Below are positions 18,090 to 27,863 of a stretch of 64,000 bases of DNA, piece after piece. Position 1 is the first letter of the stretch, and each line of letters opens with the position of its first letter. Origin of the DNA: Bacillales bacterium (GTDB lineage Bacteria; Bacillota; Bacilli; Bacillales; JAVBJX01); NCBI GenBank assembly GCA_031546705.1, contig JAVBJX010000026.1, forward strand, positions 13,604 through 77,603, written 5' to 3'. Position numbers and translations under genes: made by a program. The notes under the pieces were generated by a model. That model saw only the letters and a list, made by a program, of their open reading frames with translations. It made no database searches and was not told the origin of the DNA.

Positions 18090-18425
18090 ATTGGGAATCA
18101 CACGTAAAAAAGAATCGTTGTATTGAAGGAATGAAATAGCTTTCAATACAGATATTATGGCAGTTTGCGAAATTGTTCGGAAAAAGGTTAGGAGAAAATT
18201 TTTAATTAGACAATGAAAAAACTATGACGCTTGCTAGAGGAAAGCTAGGATTTTTTGAAAGAGTATAATGAAAAGTTAGCCCTTGAACTTTCTGCACAAT
18301 AAGTGAAACTGCTATAATATTGGCATTATATGATTCTTGGGTGTTTTAAAAAATGATAGTTTCTTTAATTTTTACTCTCTATCCAGTTACCCAGGATTAT
18401 TTTAGAAAAAGAGGAGGTTATACAG

Positions 18426-19811
18426 ATGTTTGATCCACAAGTTACAGAAAATAAGAAAGTTACAAGTAAATTAAAACTACGACATATTACGATGATTTCA
18501 ATTGGAGGAGTTATTGGAGCAGGGTTATTTGTTGGTAGTGGGGCGGTTATTAATGCGACTGGACCAGGAGCAATTATTTCATACTTGATTGCGGGAATAG
18601 TTGTTATTCTTACAATGAGAATGCTTGGAGAGATGGCAGTTGTGAATCCAATAAGTGGTTCATTTTCCACATATGCTCAAACATTTATTGGACCTTGGGC
18701 GGGATATACAATTGGCTGGCTGTATTGGTTTTATAGTGTCATGGTAGTTGCGATTGAAGCAATTGCTGGTGGTGCAATTGTGCATGGTTGGCTTCCATCC
18801 ATTCCAGTATGGGTACTTAGTTTAGTTTTAACTGTATTACTTACACTCACAAATGTAGTTTCTGTACGATCATTTGGTGAGTTTGAATATTGGTTCTCGA
18901 TGACAAAAGTTATTGCCATTTCCCTCTTTCTTTGTTTAGGGGTAGCCATTATTTTTGGGATTGTACCTGGAGTAGAGTCACCAGGGACACATAATTTATT
19001 TGAGTTAGGTGGATTTATGCCTAATGGAATAAGTTCTGTTTTTGTAGGAATGATTACGGTAGTATTCTCCTTGTTTGGAACAGAAATTGCCGCAATTGCC
19101 GCAGGAGAAGCAGAAAATCCAAAAGAAGCTGTAGTTAAAGCGATTAATAGTGTTGTTTGGCGTATTCTCCTATTTTATATTGGTTCGATTACGATATTAG
19201 TTATACTTTTTCCTTGGAATTCTACTGAATTATTAAAAAGCCCATTTGTTACAATGCTAGACTTGTTGGATATTCCAGCGGCGGCACAAATTATGAATAT
19301 TGTTGTTTTGTTATCTGTTCTATCATGCTTGAACTCTACTTTGTATACAAGTTCTCGTATGTTGTTTTCGCTTTCAGAAAAAGGAAGTGCACCAAAGATT
19401 TTTATGCACATTAACAAGGGTGGTGTTCCAGTCCCTGCTTTGCTTGCAGGTACAGCGTTCTCTTATGTTTGTGCACTATTTAAATTTATTTCCCCAGATA
19501 AATTGTTCTTATTTTTAATCAATGCATCAGGAGCGATTGCTTTACTTGTGTATTTATCCATTGCGTTTTCTCATATTATTTCTAGACGACAAATGGAAAA
19601 AAACAATCCTGAACAGTTAGTCTTAAGAATGTGGCTGTTCCCATATTTAACCTATGTAACTATTGGGATGATTTTAGTTATTTTGTTCTCGATGCTATTT
19701 ATAGAGTCTTTGCGTTCTCAATTTTACTTAACGGGTGGAGCAACGGCATTTATTCTTTGTTGTTATTTCTTATTTGGAAGAAAAAATCAACGAGTTATTG
19801 AGCAGAAATAA
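18426..19811 (+). CDS. APC-family amino-acid permease, GabP-like (copy A)
   Basis: LRHITMISIGGVIGAGLFVGSGAVINATGPGAIISYLIAG is the AAT/GabP signature. 12 TM. About 90% identical to 26353-27732. Confidence 0.85.
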   Translation: MFDPQVTENKKVTSKLKLRHITMISIGGVIGAGLFVGSGAVINATGPGAIISYLIAGIVVILTMRMLGEMAVVNPISGSFSTYAQTFIGPWAGYTIGWLYWFYSVMVVAIEAIAGGAIVHGWLPSIPVWVLSLVLTVLLTLTNVVSVRSFGEFEYWFSMTKVIAISLFLCLGVAIIFGIVPGVESPGTHNLFELGGFMPNGISSVFVGMITVVFSLFGTEIAAIAAGEAENPKEAVVKAINSVVWRILLFYIGSITILVILFPWNSTELLKSPFVTMLDLLDIPAAAQIMNIVVLLSVLSCLNSTLYTSSRMLFSLSEKGSAPKIFMHINKGGVPVPALLAGTAFSYVCALFKFISPDKLFLFLINASGAIALLVYLSIAFSHIISRRQMEKNNPEQLVLRMWLFPYLTYVTIGMILVILFSMLFIESLRSQFYLTGGATAFILCCYFLFGRKNQRVIEQK

Positions 19812-19907
19812 AAAGAGTTATTGTATACCAAGAAAATATATTTTAGTCAGTTAGGCAATAGGTTTTCTAGTGTTATAAGTTTTAGAGTTTCTCTTTAATG
19901 AAAACGC

Positions 19908-19936
19908 TTTACAAACACTATATTGTGGTATATGAT
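19908..19936 (+). promoter_or_regulatory. sigma-A type promoter of the CoA-transferase operon leader
   Basis: TTTACA (19908-19913), 17-nt spacer, TATGAT (19931-19936). Confidence 0.55.
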
Positions 19937-19964
19937 TGTGTCAATAATCAAAATATAACTGTCA

Positions 19965-20057
19965 CATCTGCTGGACTTCCTTTTCAGGAAGCCATTCGCA
20001 GATGATGAGCCAGTAGAACTACACAAAATAGTTGTGTGGTTTTGCTGGCTTTTTTTA
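19965..20057 (+). promoter_or_regulatory. leader RNA: imperfect hairpin followed by a very long intrinsic terminator directly before the SD
   Basis: Hairpin 1 is CATCTGC...GCAGATG (19965-20004). The terminator is a ~26-bp stem at 20008-20050 (AGCCAG...ACACAA-loop-TTGTGT...CTGGCT) plus T7. GGAGG follows at 20063. Confidence 0.55.
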
Positions 20058-20081
20058 TAATTTGGAGGTGAGCAATGCCGA

Positions 20082-21263
20082 ATGACTGCATTACAAGGTT
20101 TAAAAGTAATTGATCTCACAAGAGTTCTTGCAGGACCTTATTGTACAATGATTTTAGGGGATTTAGGTGCAGATGTTATTAAGATTGAAGGGCCTGGAAG
20201 TAGTAGTGACGAAACTCGCCAATGGGGACCACCATTTAAAGGAGATCAAAGTGCGTACTACTTAACAGCAAATCGAAATAAACGAGCGATAACACTAAAT
20301 TTAAAAGAACCTGAAGCAAGAGAAATTCTTCGTACGATGATAAAAACAGCAGATGTGGTGATTCAGAATTTTAAAGTAGGCTCAATGGAAAAATGGGGAC
20401 TTAGTTATGAGGAATTTCATGAGTTAAATCCTCGTCTAGTTTATTGTTCGATTAGTGGTTTTGGTCAATATGGGCCGTACAAAGATTTGCCAGGCTATGA
20501 TTATATTGTTCAAGCAATGGGTGGCATGATGAGTATTACAGGGGATAAGGAGCCAATGAAAGTTGGGGTTGCAATAGCTGATATTGCTACGGGTTTGTAT
20601 TGTACGATTGGAATTTTAGCGGCATTACAAGAACGGGAACAATCAGGAGTCGGACAACATATTGATATTTCTCTACTAGACTCACAAATGTCTATTCTAG
20701 CTAATGTTGCTAGTAACTATCTAATGTCAGGAATTATTCCAAAGCGATATGGAAACCAACATCCAAATATTGTTCCATACCAAACGTTTATGGCAAGTGA
20801 CTCAGAGATGGTTGTAGCTGTAGGGAATGATCGCCAGTTTCAAAAGTTTTGTCAAGTGCTGGGCAAATTAGAATTTACAGAAGATGTTCGTTTTCAAACG
20901 AATACCGCAAGACTTCAGCATAGAGAAACATTGGTTGTATTGTTACAAGAAGAATTTAGAAAACACCCGTGTAAGTATTGGCAAGAGAAACTAAATAAAG
21001 TAGGGGTTCCAAACGGACCAATTAATAATATGGAACAACTATTTAATGATCCGCATGTGACTGCCAGAGAAATGAAAGTTGAAATTAATCATCCAACAAT
21101 TGATAAAATTAATCTTGTTGGTAGCCCGCTGAAACTTTCAAGAAGTAAAGTAGAAATCAAACGGCATCCACCGCTTGTAGGAGAACATACAGTAGAAGTT
21201 TTAAAAGAGTATGGATTTAGTGAGCAGCAAGTTGACGATTTTTTACTAAGAAATATCTTATAA
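20082..21263 (+). CDS. family III CoA-transferase (CaiB/BaiF/Frc type)
   Basis: N-terminus LKVIDLTRVLAGPYCTMILGDLGADVIKIE and GYDYIVQAMGG are typical of the family. Confidence 0.88.
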   Translation: MTALQGLKVIDLTRVLAGPYCTMILGDLGADVIKIEGPGSSSDETRQWGPPFKGDQSAYYLTANRNKRAITLNLKEPEAREILRTMIKTADVVIQNFKVGSMEKWGLSYEEFHELNPRLVYCSISGFGQYGPYKDLPGYDYIVQAMGGMMSITGDKEPMKVGVAIADIATGLYCTIGILAALQEREQSGVGQHIDISLLDSQMSILANVASNYLMSGIIPKRYGNQHPNIVPYQTFMASDSEMVVAVGNDRQFQKFCQVLGKLEFTEDVRFQTNTARLQHRETLVVLLQEEFRKHPCKYWQEKLNKVGVPNGPINNMEQLFNDPHVTAREMKVEINHPTIDKINLVGSPLKLSRSKVEIKRHPPLVGEHTVEVLKEYGFSEQQVDDFLLRNIL

Positions 21264-21280
21264 ATATGGGGGTTATGTAC

Positions 21281-22474
21281 ATGATGGATTTTGCACTAAC
21301 AGAAGAACAAGAAGCAGTTCGCAAAGTAGTACGCAGTTTTGTTGACAAGGAAATCTTGCCACATATTCATGATTGGGATACAAGACAACATTTTGAACCA
21401 AATATTTTGAAACGACTTGCTAAACTTGATTTAATGGGCGTTTGTATTCCTGAGAAATATGGTGGTATGGGAATGGATTACAATACACTTGCGATTGTTT
21501 GTGATGAGTTAGAGCGTGGTGATACAGCATTCCGTACAGCAGTATCTGTACATACTGGCTTAAACAGTATGACTCTTCTTCAGTGGGGAAATGAGTTTCA
21601 AAAGGAAAAATATTTAACACCACAAGCAAGAGGGGAAAAAGTCGGAGCATTTGGCTTAACAGAGCCAGGAGCAGGATCGGATGTAGCTGCAATGACAACA
21701 ACAGCTACTCGTGACGGTGATTTCTATGTATTAAACGGTTCAAAAACATGGATTTCTCTCTGTGATTACGCCGATAATTTCTTGGTTTTTGCGTATACAG
21801 ATAAAAGTAAAGCACATCATGGTATTACATGTTTTATTGTGGAACGTGATCTCCCTGGATTTGAAACAAAAGCGATCAAAGGAAAACTAGGAATTCGTGC
21901 AGGTAATACAGGTGAATTATTCCTTGAAGATGTTCGTGTTCCAAAAGAAAATGTACTTGGTCTTGAAGGAGAAGGTTTCAAAATTGCTATGGCTGCTCTT
22001 GATAACGGACGTTTCACTGTTGCGGCTGGAGCATGTGGACTCATTAATGCTTGTTTAGAAGAAAGTGTGAAATATTGTCATGAACGAAAAACATTTGGTA
22101 AAGAAATTGGAAGACATCAGTTAGTCCAACAAATGATTGCCAAAATGTCATCAAACCTAGAAATTTCTCGGATGCTTGTATACAAAGCTGGTTGGTTAAA
22201 AAATCAAGGCGTTCGCAATACACAAGAAACATCTTTAGCTAAATGGTTTTCTTGTAATGCAGGATTTGAAGCAGCTAGTGATGCGATTCAAGTTCATGGT
22301 GCGTATGGTTATTCTAGTGAATATCCAGTAGAAAGATTCTTGCGTAACTCTAAGGCACCAGTTATTTATGAAGGAACTCGTGAAATTCATACGATTATGC
22401 AAGGGGAATATGCTCTTGGTTATAGAGAAGATAAACCGCTTCGTTGTATGTTACCTGCATGGCCATTTGAATAA
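21281..22474 (+). CDS. acyl-CoA dehydrogenase
   Basis: ACAD motifs GLTEPGAGSD and YEGTREIH (catalytic Glu region). The likely start is ATG 21281, 8 nt after GGGGG; the track ORF starts at 21266. Confidence 0.88.
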   Translation: MMDFALTEEQEAVRKVVRSFVDKEILPHIHDWDTRQHFEPNILKRLAKLDLMGVCIPEKYGGMGMDYNTLAIVCDELERGDTAFRTAVSVHTGLNSMTLLQWGNEFQKEKYLTPQARGEKVGAFGLTEPGAGSDVAAMTTTATRDGDFYVLNGSKTWISLCDYADNFLVFAYTDKSKAHHGITCFIVERDLPGFETKAIKGKLGIRAGNTGELFLEDVRVPKENVLGLEGEGFKIAMAALDNGRFTVAAGACGLINACLEESVKYCHERKTFGKEIGRHQLVQQMIAKMSSNLEISRMLVYKAGWLKNQGVRNTQETSLAKWFSCNAGFEAASDAIQVHGAYGYSSEYPVERFLRNSKAPVIYEGTREIHTIMQGEYALGYREDKPLRCMLPAWPFE

Positions 22475-22560
22475 GATTGTTCTAGGACTTCCTCCCATCA
22501 TTGACGATACCACTTTGTTGAAGTACTTTATGGGTAGACATGCGCTGGAAAGGTGGTTAC

Positions 22561-22875
22561 ATGATGAATGGAAAATCAATTTTTATTGCAGGACATGCTA
22601 AACTTCCACAAGGAATGGCAGCAAAAAGTGTGTATGACTCTCTTACCGTTACATTAGAAATAGATAAGAAATACGGGGTCATCTTGGAAGCGTCTTGTAC
22701 ACTTGTTACAGATCATGGAAAAAAATTTATCAGTTCATTACTACGAGGATGTAGTTTGAAAGATGGAATTGATGAAGCAATAGAACTTGTTCAAGGTAAC
22801 TATAAAGGAAAAGCTCAACACGCATTGATGGCAGCACTACGAGATGTGTATACACAGTATGAAATCATTCATTAG
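22561..22875 (+). CDS. small conserved protein (DUF3870-like, from memory)
   Basis: The ORF is MMNGKSIFIAGHAKLPQGMAAKSVYDSLTVTLEIDKKYGVILEASCTLVTDHG... with a GAAAGGTGG SD. The family label is from recollection only. Confidence 0.5.
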   Translation: MMNGKSIFIAGHAKLPQGMAAKSVYDSLTVTLEIDKKYGVILEASCTLVTDHGKKFISSLLRGCSLKDGIDEAIELVQGNYKGKAQHALMAALRDVYTQYEIIH

Positions 22876-22894
22876 TGAATAGAAAAAGATGAGG

Positions 22895-23004
22895 GTGAGT
22901 GTATAGTTTACTAAAATGTTGGTTTTACAATTTTTTGGTAACCAATCCTAAACATGAGTATGGGTCAATTGGAGTGTTTTTTTTACTTCTTTTGATCCAA
23001 ACTC
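22895..23004 (+). repeat. dispersed repeat copy 1 (loop-conserved hairpin module + terminator-like hairpin module)
   Basis: TTTACTAAAATGTTGGTTTTACAATTTTTTGGTAACCAATCC, then GAGTATGGGTCAATTGGAGTGTTTT...TGATCCAAACTC. Aligns with the copies at 30835, 49681, 56935 and 58623. Confidence 0.7.
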
Positions 23005-23295
23005 CCCGTTCTATAGATTGAAAATTACGCAACTTTTCATAATTAATGTATTTTTGAATGTCTTTCATTTATAGTATTAACTTGACATTTTTTGAATATA
23101 AAATATATTTTTATGATTTTTTGTTCGTAAGTATATAGATATGATGTATTTCAAGAGGAGGAATGAAGATAACAACAAATTACAGAAGGTTAGAATGTTA
23201 AGGAGTTATCTTTTAAAGATTTAAGTATATATGAAAGCGGTTTCAATAAAAATAAAGAAAATTCTGGATGTGTGATGTTTGGAGGAATGGTAATT

Positions 23296-24675
23296 ATGGA
23301 GACAAAACCAGCTACCCTAAAACGCTCACTTGGGCTCTGGGCAATTGTGCTTTTAGGTGTAGGATATATGACACCAGCGGTAATATTTGATACTTTTGGA
23401 AGTGCTTCTGTAGAAACGAATGGTCACGTACCATTAGCGTACATTCTTGCCTTAGTGGCGATGCTCTTTACCGCAATTAGTTATGGAAAACTTGTACGTT
23501 TGTATCCAAGTGCAGGATCGGCATACACATATACACAAAGATCGATTAGCCCCCATGTTGGATTTATGGTTGGCTGGGCATCACTACTTGATTATTTATT
23601 TTTACCAATGATTAACGCTTTGTTAATGAAACTGTATTTACTGGCACTTTTCCCAGAAGTACCAGTATGGATATGGGTAACTGTGTATGTTGCTTTCATT
23701 GTTTCGCTCAATCTTTATAGCACAGGTACAATGTCTGGCTTTAATTCTCTTTTAGTTGTGTATCAATCTGTTATTCTTCTTGTTTTTATTGCACTAGCAG
23801 CGAAACTTGTTATAAGCGGAATGGGATATGGAGAGTTTACGATTAAACCTTTCTATGAACCAGGAATGGATGTAGGTGGTTTAATCACAGGTGCTACGCT
23901 CCTATGTTTCTCGTATATTGGATTTGATGCGGTTTCTATGTATTCAGAAGAAACAGCGACCCCTGCAAAAACAATTCCAAAAGCTATTTTCTTAACTGCA
24001 TTAATCGGTGGAGTTATGTTTATCACTAGTTCATACTTTGCCCAATTAATTTTCCCAGATGTTACGAAAGTTTTCTCAGAAGAAGTTATATCAGATTCAA
24101 CTGCTTCTGATATAGGTTTTTTAACAGGCGGAAAAATATTTCAAATTATTTTATTAATTGGTTCTATCGCAGGTGTCACGTCATCTAGTTTAGCGACACA
24201 TGCAAGCGTGTCACGTCTGTTGTACGTTATGGGACGAGACCATGTTCTTCCTAACAAAGTTTTTGGATACATTCATCCGAAATATCGAACACCATCTATA
24301 AATGTTATTCTAGTTGGGTTATTTAGTTTTACTTGTTTATTTATGAGTTTAGAAATGGCAATTCATTTCGTTAACTTTGGGGCATTGACCGCATTTACTT
24401 TCGTTAATTTCTCTGTTATCGCAGAGTTTGTAGTGAAAAGAAAACGGTATAAAACAGTGCAAGACATTTTCTCTTACATCGTTTTGCCACTGATAGGAGC
24501 AACTTGTGTAGGTGTACTTTGGATTAATCTTGATGTAACTGCTTTGATATTAGGAGGCAGTTGGGCTGTGATTGGATTTTTTTATTTAATGTATTTAACA
24601 AAAATGTTCAAAGTTGCTCCGGCAATCATTCATTTTGAAGAGGCTGACGAGGAAGAAGTTAATCTAACGATATAA
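23296..24675 (+). CDS. APC-family permease, PlaP/PuuP-like putrescine importer (copy B)
   Basis: LKRSLGLWAIVLLGVGYMTPAVIFDTFG...GHVPLAYILALVAMLFTAISYGKLV matches my memory of E. coli PlaP/PuuP. The likely start is ATG 23296 after GGAGGA; the track ORF starts at 23272. Confidence 0.82.
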   Translation: METKPATLKRSLGLWAIVLLGVGYMTPAVIFDTFGSASVETNGHVPLAYILALVAMLFTAISYGKLVRLYPSAGSAYTYTQRSISPHVGFMVGWASLLDYLFLPMINALLMKLYLLALFPEVPVWIWVTVYVAFIVSLNLYSTGTMSGFNSLLVVYQSVILLVFIALAAKLVISGMGYGEFTIKPFYEPGMDVGGLITGATLLCFSYIGFDAVSMYSEETATPAKTIPKAIFLTALIGGVMFITSSYFAQLIFPDVTKVFSEEVISDSTASDIGFLTGGKIFQIILLIGSIAGVTSSSLATHASVSRLLYVMGRDHVLPNKVFGYIHPKYRTPSINVILVGLFSFTCLFMSLEMAIHFVNFGALTAFTFVNFSVIAEFVVKRKRYKTVQDIFSYIVLPLIGATCVGVLWINLDVTALILGGSWAVIGFFYLMYLTKMFKVAPAIIHFEEADEEEVNLTI

Positions 24676-24806
24676 CATGGATGTTATGCTCTGACAATGC
24701 TGTATAACGAGTTTCTCTTTCTAAAAAATACGTGGCAGTGGTTTAATAAAATCAACTCCGTTATGCTACAATCATAATAATATGGTTTTGGCAGGAGGAA
24801 TGAAGT

Positions 24807-26150
24807 ATGACGGAACTTATAGAAGAGCTATATGCTATCTTTGAATATTCTTTCGATGAAATTTTTGTAATGGATGCAAATGGAATTGTTGTAAGAGTGA
24901 ATTCTGCTTGCCAACGTCATTATGAAATGAAGAAAGAAGATATTATTGGGCGTAACGTCAAAGAGTTACAAGAAATGGGTACATTCTATCCTTCGGTTAC
25001 ACTAGAAGTGTTGAAGACAAAAAAAGCAGTGGAGCTTATCCAAAAAACCGATAAACAACGATATTTGCATGTGAAAGCAACACCTGTGTTTGGCAACGCT
25101 GGACAATTAAAAAGTATTATTAGTTACTCACGAGATTTAACGGAACTGATGGAGCTATCTAATAAAGTAGAGGAAATGGAAGAGCAATTACAAGCATATA
25201 AACAAGAATTACTTCCAGTGTACACTAGAGAAGGCATGATTATTAAAAGTGAACAAATGAAACATGTTTTTCAACTCATCGATCGAATTGCTGACATCAA
25301 TATTACCATTTTACTTCTTGGTGAAACGGGTGTTGGAAAAAGTGTAATTGCCAAAAATATTCATTATTTAAGCAATCGTAAAGAAAATTCATTCTATGAA
25401 ATTAATTGTGCAGCTTTACCTGAAACACTCATTGAATCAGAGCTTTTTGGTTATGAATCAGGAACATTTACAGGTGGATTAAAGCAAGGGAAAAAAGGCT
25501 TAATAGAGATGGCCAATAAAGGAACACTTTTTTTAGATGAAATTGGAGAACTTTCCCTTTCGGCTCAAAGCAAGCTGCTTCAAGTGTTACAACAAAAAAT
25601 TGTTCGCCCAATTGGTTCAAATAAAGAAATTCCGATTGATGTTCGAGTGATTGCGGCAACTAATCAGCCATTAGAAAAAATGATACAGATAGGAACATTT
25701 CGTAAAGACTTATATTATCGTCTAAATGTTGTTCCAATCACGATTCCACCTCTAAAAAATAGAAGAGAGGATATTATTCCGTTAGTACATTATTTTTTAG
25801 AGAAATTTAATCAACAGTATGTACGTTCTATTCAAATGTCTCCAAAAGTTTTATCAGCTTTTTTAAAATATGATTGGCCAGGAAATATTCGAGAACTTGA
25901 AAATATAATTGAACGTCTTGTTGTTACAAATGAAGGAGTAGTAACACTTGGTAATTTGCCTTTTGTACAAACACATACAAAAAATCAAATAGGTGTGACA
26001 CTTTCTGAGTTAATGGATGATTTTGAACGAACTATTATTCAAACAGCTTACGAAAAATACCACTCATCATATAAAGTGGCGGAACATCTAGGAATTAGCC
26101 AATCGGCAGCGATTAGAAAGATTCAAAAGTATATAAACCAAACGAATTAA
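24807..26150 (+). CDS. sigma-54-dependent transcriptional activator (PAS + AAA+ + HTH), RocR/AcoR-like
   Basis: Walker A GETGVGKS, sigma-54 contact loop ESELFGYESGTFTGG, Walker B LFLDEIGE, and C-terminal HTH SYKVAEHLGISQSAAIRKIQ. Confidence 0.9.
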   Translation: MTELIEELYAIFEYSFDEIFVMDANGIVVRVNSACQRHYEMKKEDIIGRNVKELQEMGTFYPSVTLEVLKTKKAVELIQKTDKQRYLHVKATPVFGNAGQLKSIISYSRDLTELMELSNKVEEMEEQLQAYKQELLPVYTREGMIIKSEQMKHVFQLIDRIADINITILLLGETGVGKSVIAKNIHYLSNRKENSFYEINCAALPETLIESELFGYESGTFTGGLKQGKKGLIEMANKGTLFLDEIGELSLSAQSKLLQVLQQKIVRPIGSNKEIPIDVRVIAATNQPLEKMIQIGTFRKDLYYRLNVVPITIPPLKNRREDIIPLVHYFLEKFNQQYVRSIQMSPKVLSAFLKYDWPGNIRELENIIERLVVTNEGVVTLGNLPFVQTHTKNQIGVTLSELMDDFERTIIQTAYEKYHSSYKVAEHLGISQSAAIRKIQKYINQTN

Positions 26151-26352
26151 TTTGTACATTGCTGAAAATCATGGGTATGGATTTGTTGGTTTATATGATG
26201 GATTACTATTAACGGCTCAAGTCCAGTTTGACGGAATTAAAAAAATGGACTTGGTCGTAAAGATAAATATGTTGAAATTTTGTAAAATTTATTTTTTCAT
26301 TATTCGCTAATTTGAAACCGTTTACTTTAAAAAAGAATAGGAGATTACTCAG

Positions 26353-27732
26353 ATGTTTGATCCACATGTTACAGAAAATAAGAAAGTTACAAGTAAATTA
26401 AAGCTACGGCATATTACGATGATTTCGATTGGAGGAGTTATCGGAGCAGGGTTATTTGTTGGTAGTGGGGCGGTTATTAATGCGACTGGACCAGGAGCGA
26501 TTATTTCGTATTTAATTGCAGGGGTAGTTGTTGTTCTTATAATGAGGATGCTTGGGGAGATGGCTGCTGTTAATCCAATAAGTGGTTCATTTTCCACATA
26601 TGCTCAAACATTTATTGGACCTTGGGCAGGATATACAATTGGCTGGCTGTATTGGTTCTATACTATTATGGTAGTTGCGATTGAAGCAATTGCTGGTGGT
26701 GCAATTGTGCATGGTTGGCTTCCATCCATTCCAGTATGGGTACTCAGTTTATTATTAACGATTTTGCTTACACTTACAAATGTAGTTTCTGTACGGTCAT
26801 TTGGAGAATTTGAATACTGGTTTTCGATGATAAAAGTGATTGCTATTACTCTTTTTCTCTGTTTAGGAGTAGTTATTATTTTTGGATTGGTACCTAGTGT
26901 AGAATCACCAGGGACACATAATTTATTTGAGTTAGGTGGATTTATGCCTAATGGAGTTGGATCTATTTTTGTAGGAATGATTACGGTAGTAGTTTCTCTT
27001 TTTGGAACGGAAATTGCTGCAATTGCTGCAGGAGAGGCAGAAAATCCAAAAGAAGCTGTAGTTAGAGCGATTAATAGTGTAGTTTGGCGTATTCTATTAT
27101 TCTATATTGGATCAATTTCTATTTTGGTTATACTTTTTCCTTGGCACTCTACCGAATTATTAAAAAGCCCATTTGTTACAATGCTAGATTTGCTGGATAT
27201 CCCAGCGGCGGCACAAATTATGAATATTGTTGTTTTGTTATCTGTTCTATCATGCTTGAATTCTACTTTGTATACAAGTTCCCGTATGTTATTTTCGCTT
27301 TCAGAAAAAGGAAGTGCACCGAAGATTTTCTTGCACATTAACAAGGGTGGTGTTCCAGTTCCTGCTTTGCTTGCAGGTACAGCGTTCTCTTATGTTTGTG
27401 CATTATTCAAATTTATTTCTCCAGATAAATTATTTGTATTTCTATTAAATTCCTGTGGAGCGATTGCTCTAATTGTGTATTTATCCATTGCATTTTCTCA
27501 TATTATTTCCAGGCGACAAATGGAAAGAACTAATCCAGAACAATTAGTTATAAGAATGTGGTTATTCCCATACTTAACCTATGTAACGATTGCAGTAGTT
27601 TTAGTTATTTTCTTCTCCATGTTATTTATAGATTCAATGCGTTCCCAATTTTTCTTAACCGGTGGGGCAACAGTATTTATTATGTGTTGTTATTTCATGT
27701 TTGGACGGAAAAACCAAAAAGTGATTGATTAA
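26353..27732 (+). CDS. APC-family amino-acid permease, GabP-like (copy A')
   Basis: Paralogue of 18426-19811 with the same signature and length. The first ~450 nt are >90% identical at the DNA level by eye. Confidence 0.85.
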   Translation: MFDPHVTENKKVTSKLKLRHITMISIGGVIGAGLFVGSGAVINATGPGAIISYLIAGVVVVLIMRMLGEMAAVNPISGSFSTYAQTFIGPWAGYTIGWLYWFYTIMVVAIEAIAGGAIVHGWLPSIPVWVLSLLLTILLTLTNVVSVRSFGEFEYWFSMIKVIAITLFLCLGVVIIFGLVPSVESPGTHNLFELGGFMPNGVGSIFVGMITVVVSLFGTEIAAIAAGEAENPKEAVVRAINSVVWRILLFYIGSISILVILFPWHSTELLKSPFVTMLDLLDIPAAAQIMNIVVLLSVLSCLNSTLYTSSRMLFSLSEKGSAPKIFLHINKGGVPVPALLAGTAFSYVCALFKFISPDKLFVFLLNSCGAIALIVYLSIAFSHIISRRQMERTNPEQLVIRMWLFPYLTYVTIAVVLVIFFSMLFIDSMRSQFFLTGGATVFIMCCYFMFGRKNQKVID

Positions 27733-27751
27733 GAAGTATTTTCAAATAAAA

Positions 27752-27789
27752 ACTATGCGAAAATGAATAAAAAATCAATTGTGCATAGT
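27752..27789. promoter_or_regulatory. inverted repeat, candidate UAS for the second sigma-54 promoter
   Basis: ACTATGC (27752-27758), N24, GCATAGT (27783-27789). The centre lies ~94 bp upstream of the -24 GG. Confidence 0.35.
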
Positions 27790-27863
27790 GTTTATTTGAA
27801 GCAAATGAATATGAAAGTTTCATGTTAGTATAATTGTGTGCTAACAACTCCCTAGAAAATTGT

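Noticed and set aside
18365-18670. Antisense ORFs 18365-18670 and 26349-26597 encode nearly identical peptides, which looks like conservation
   Set aside because: The identity is a by-product of the duplicated GabP-like permease genes they overlap. There is no independent start signal.
23171-23209. 12-codon mini-ORF (MKITTNYRRLEC) after AGAGGAGGA, upstream of the PlaP-like permease, considered as a leader peptide
   Set aside because: The SD ends only 1 nt before the ATG, which is too close. There is no downstream terminator or anti-terminator structure and no regulatory codon run.
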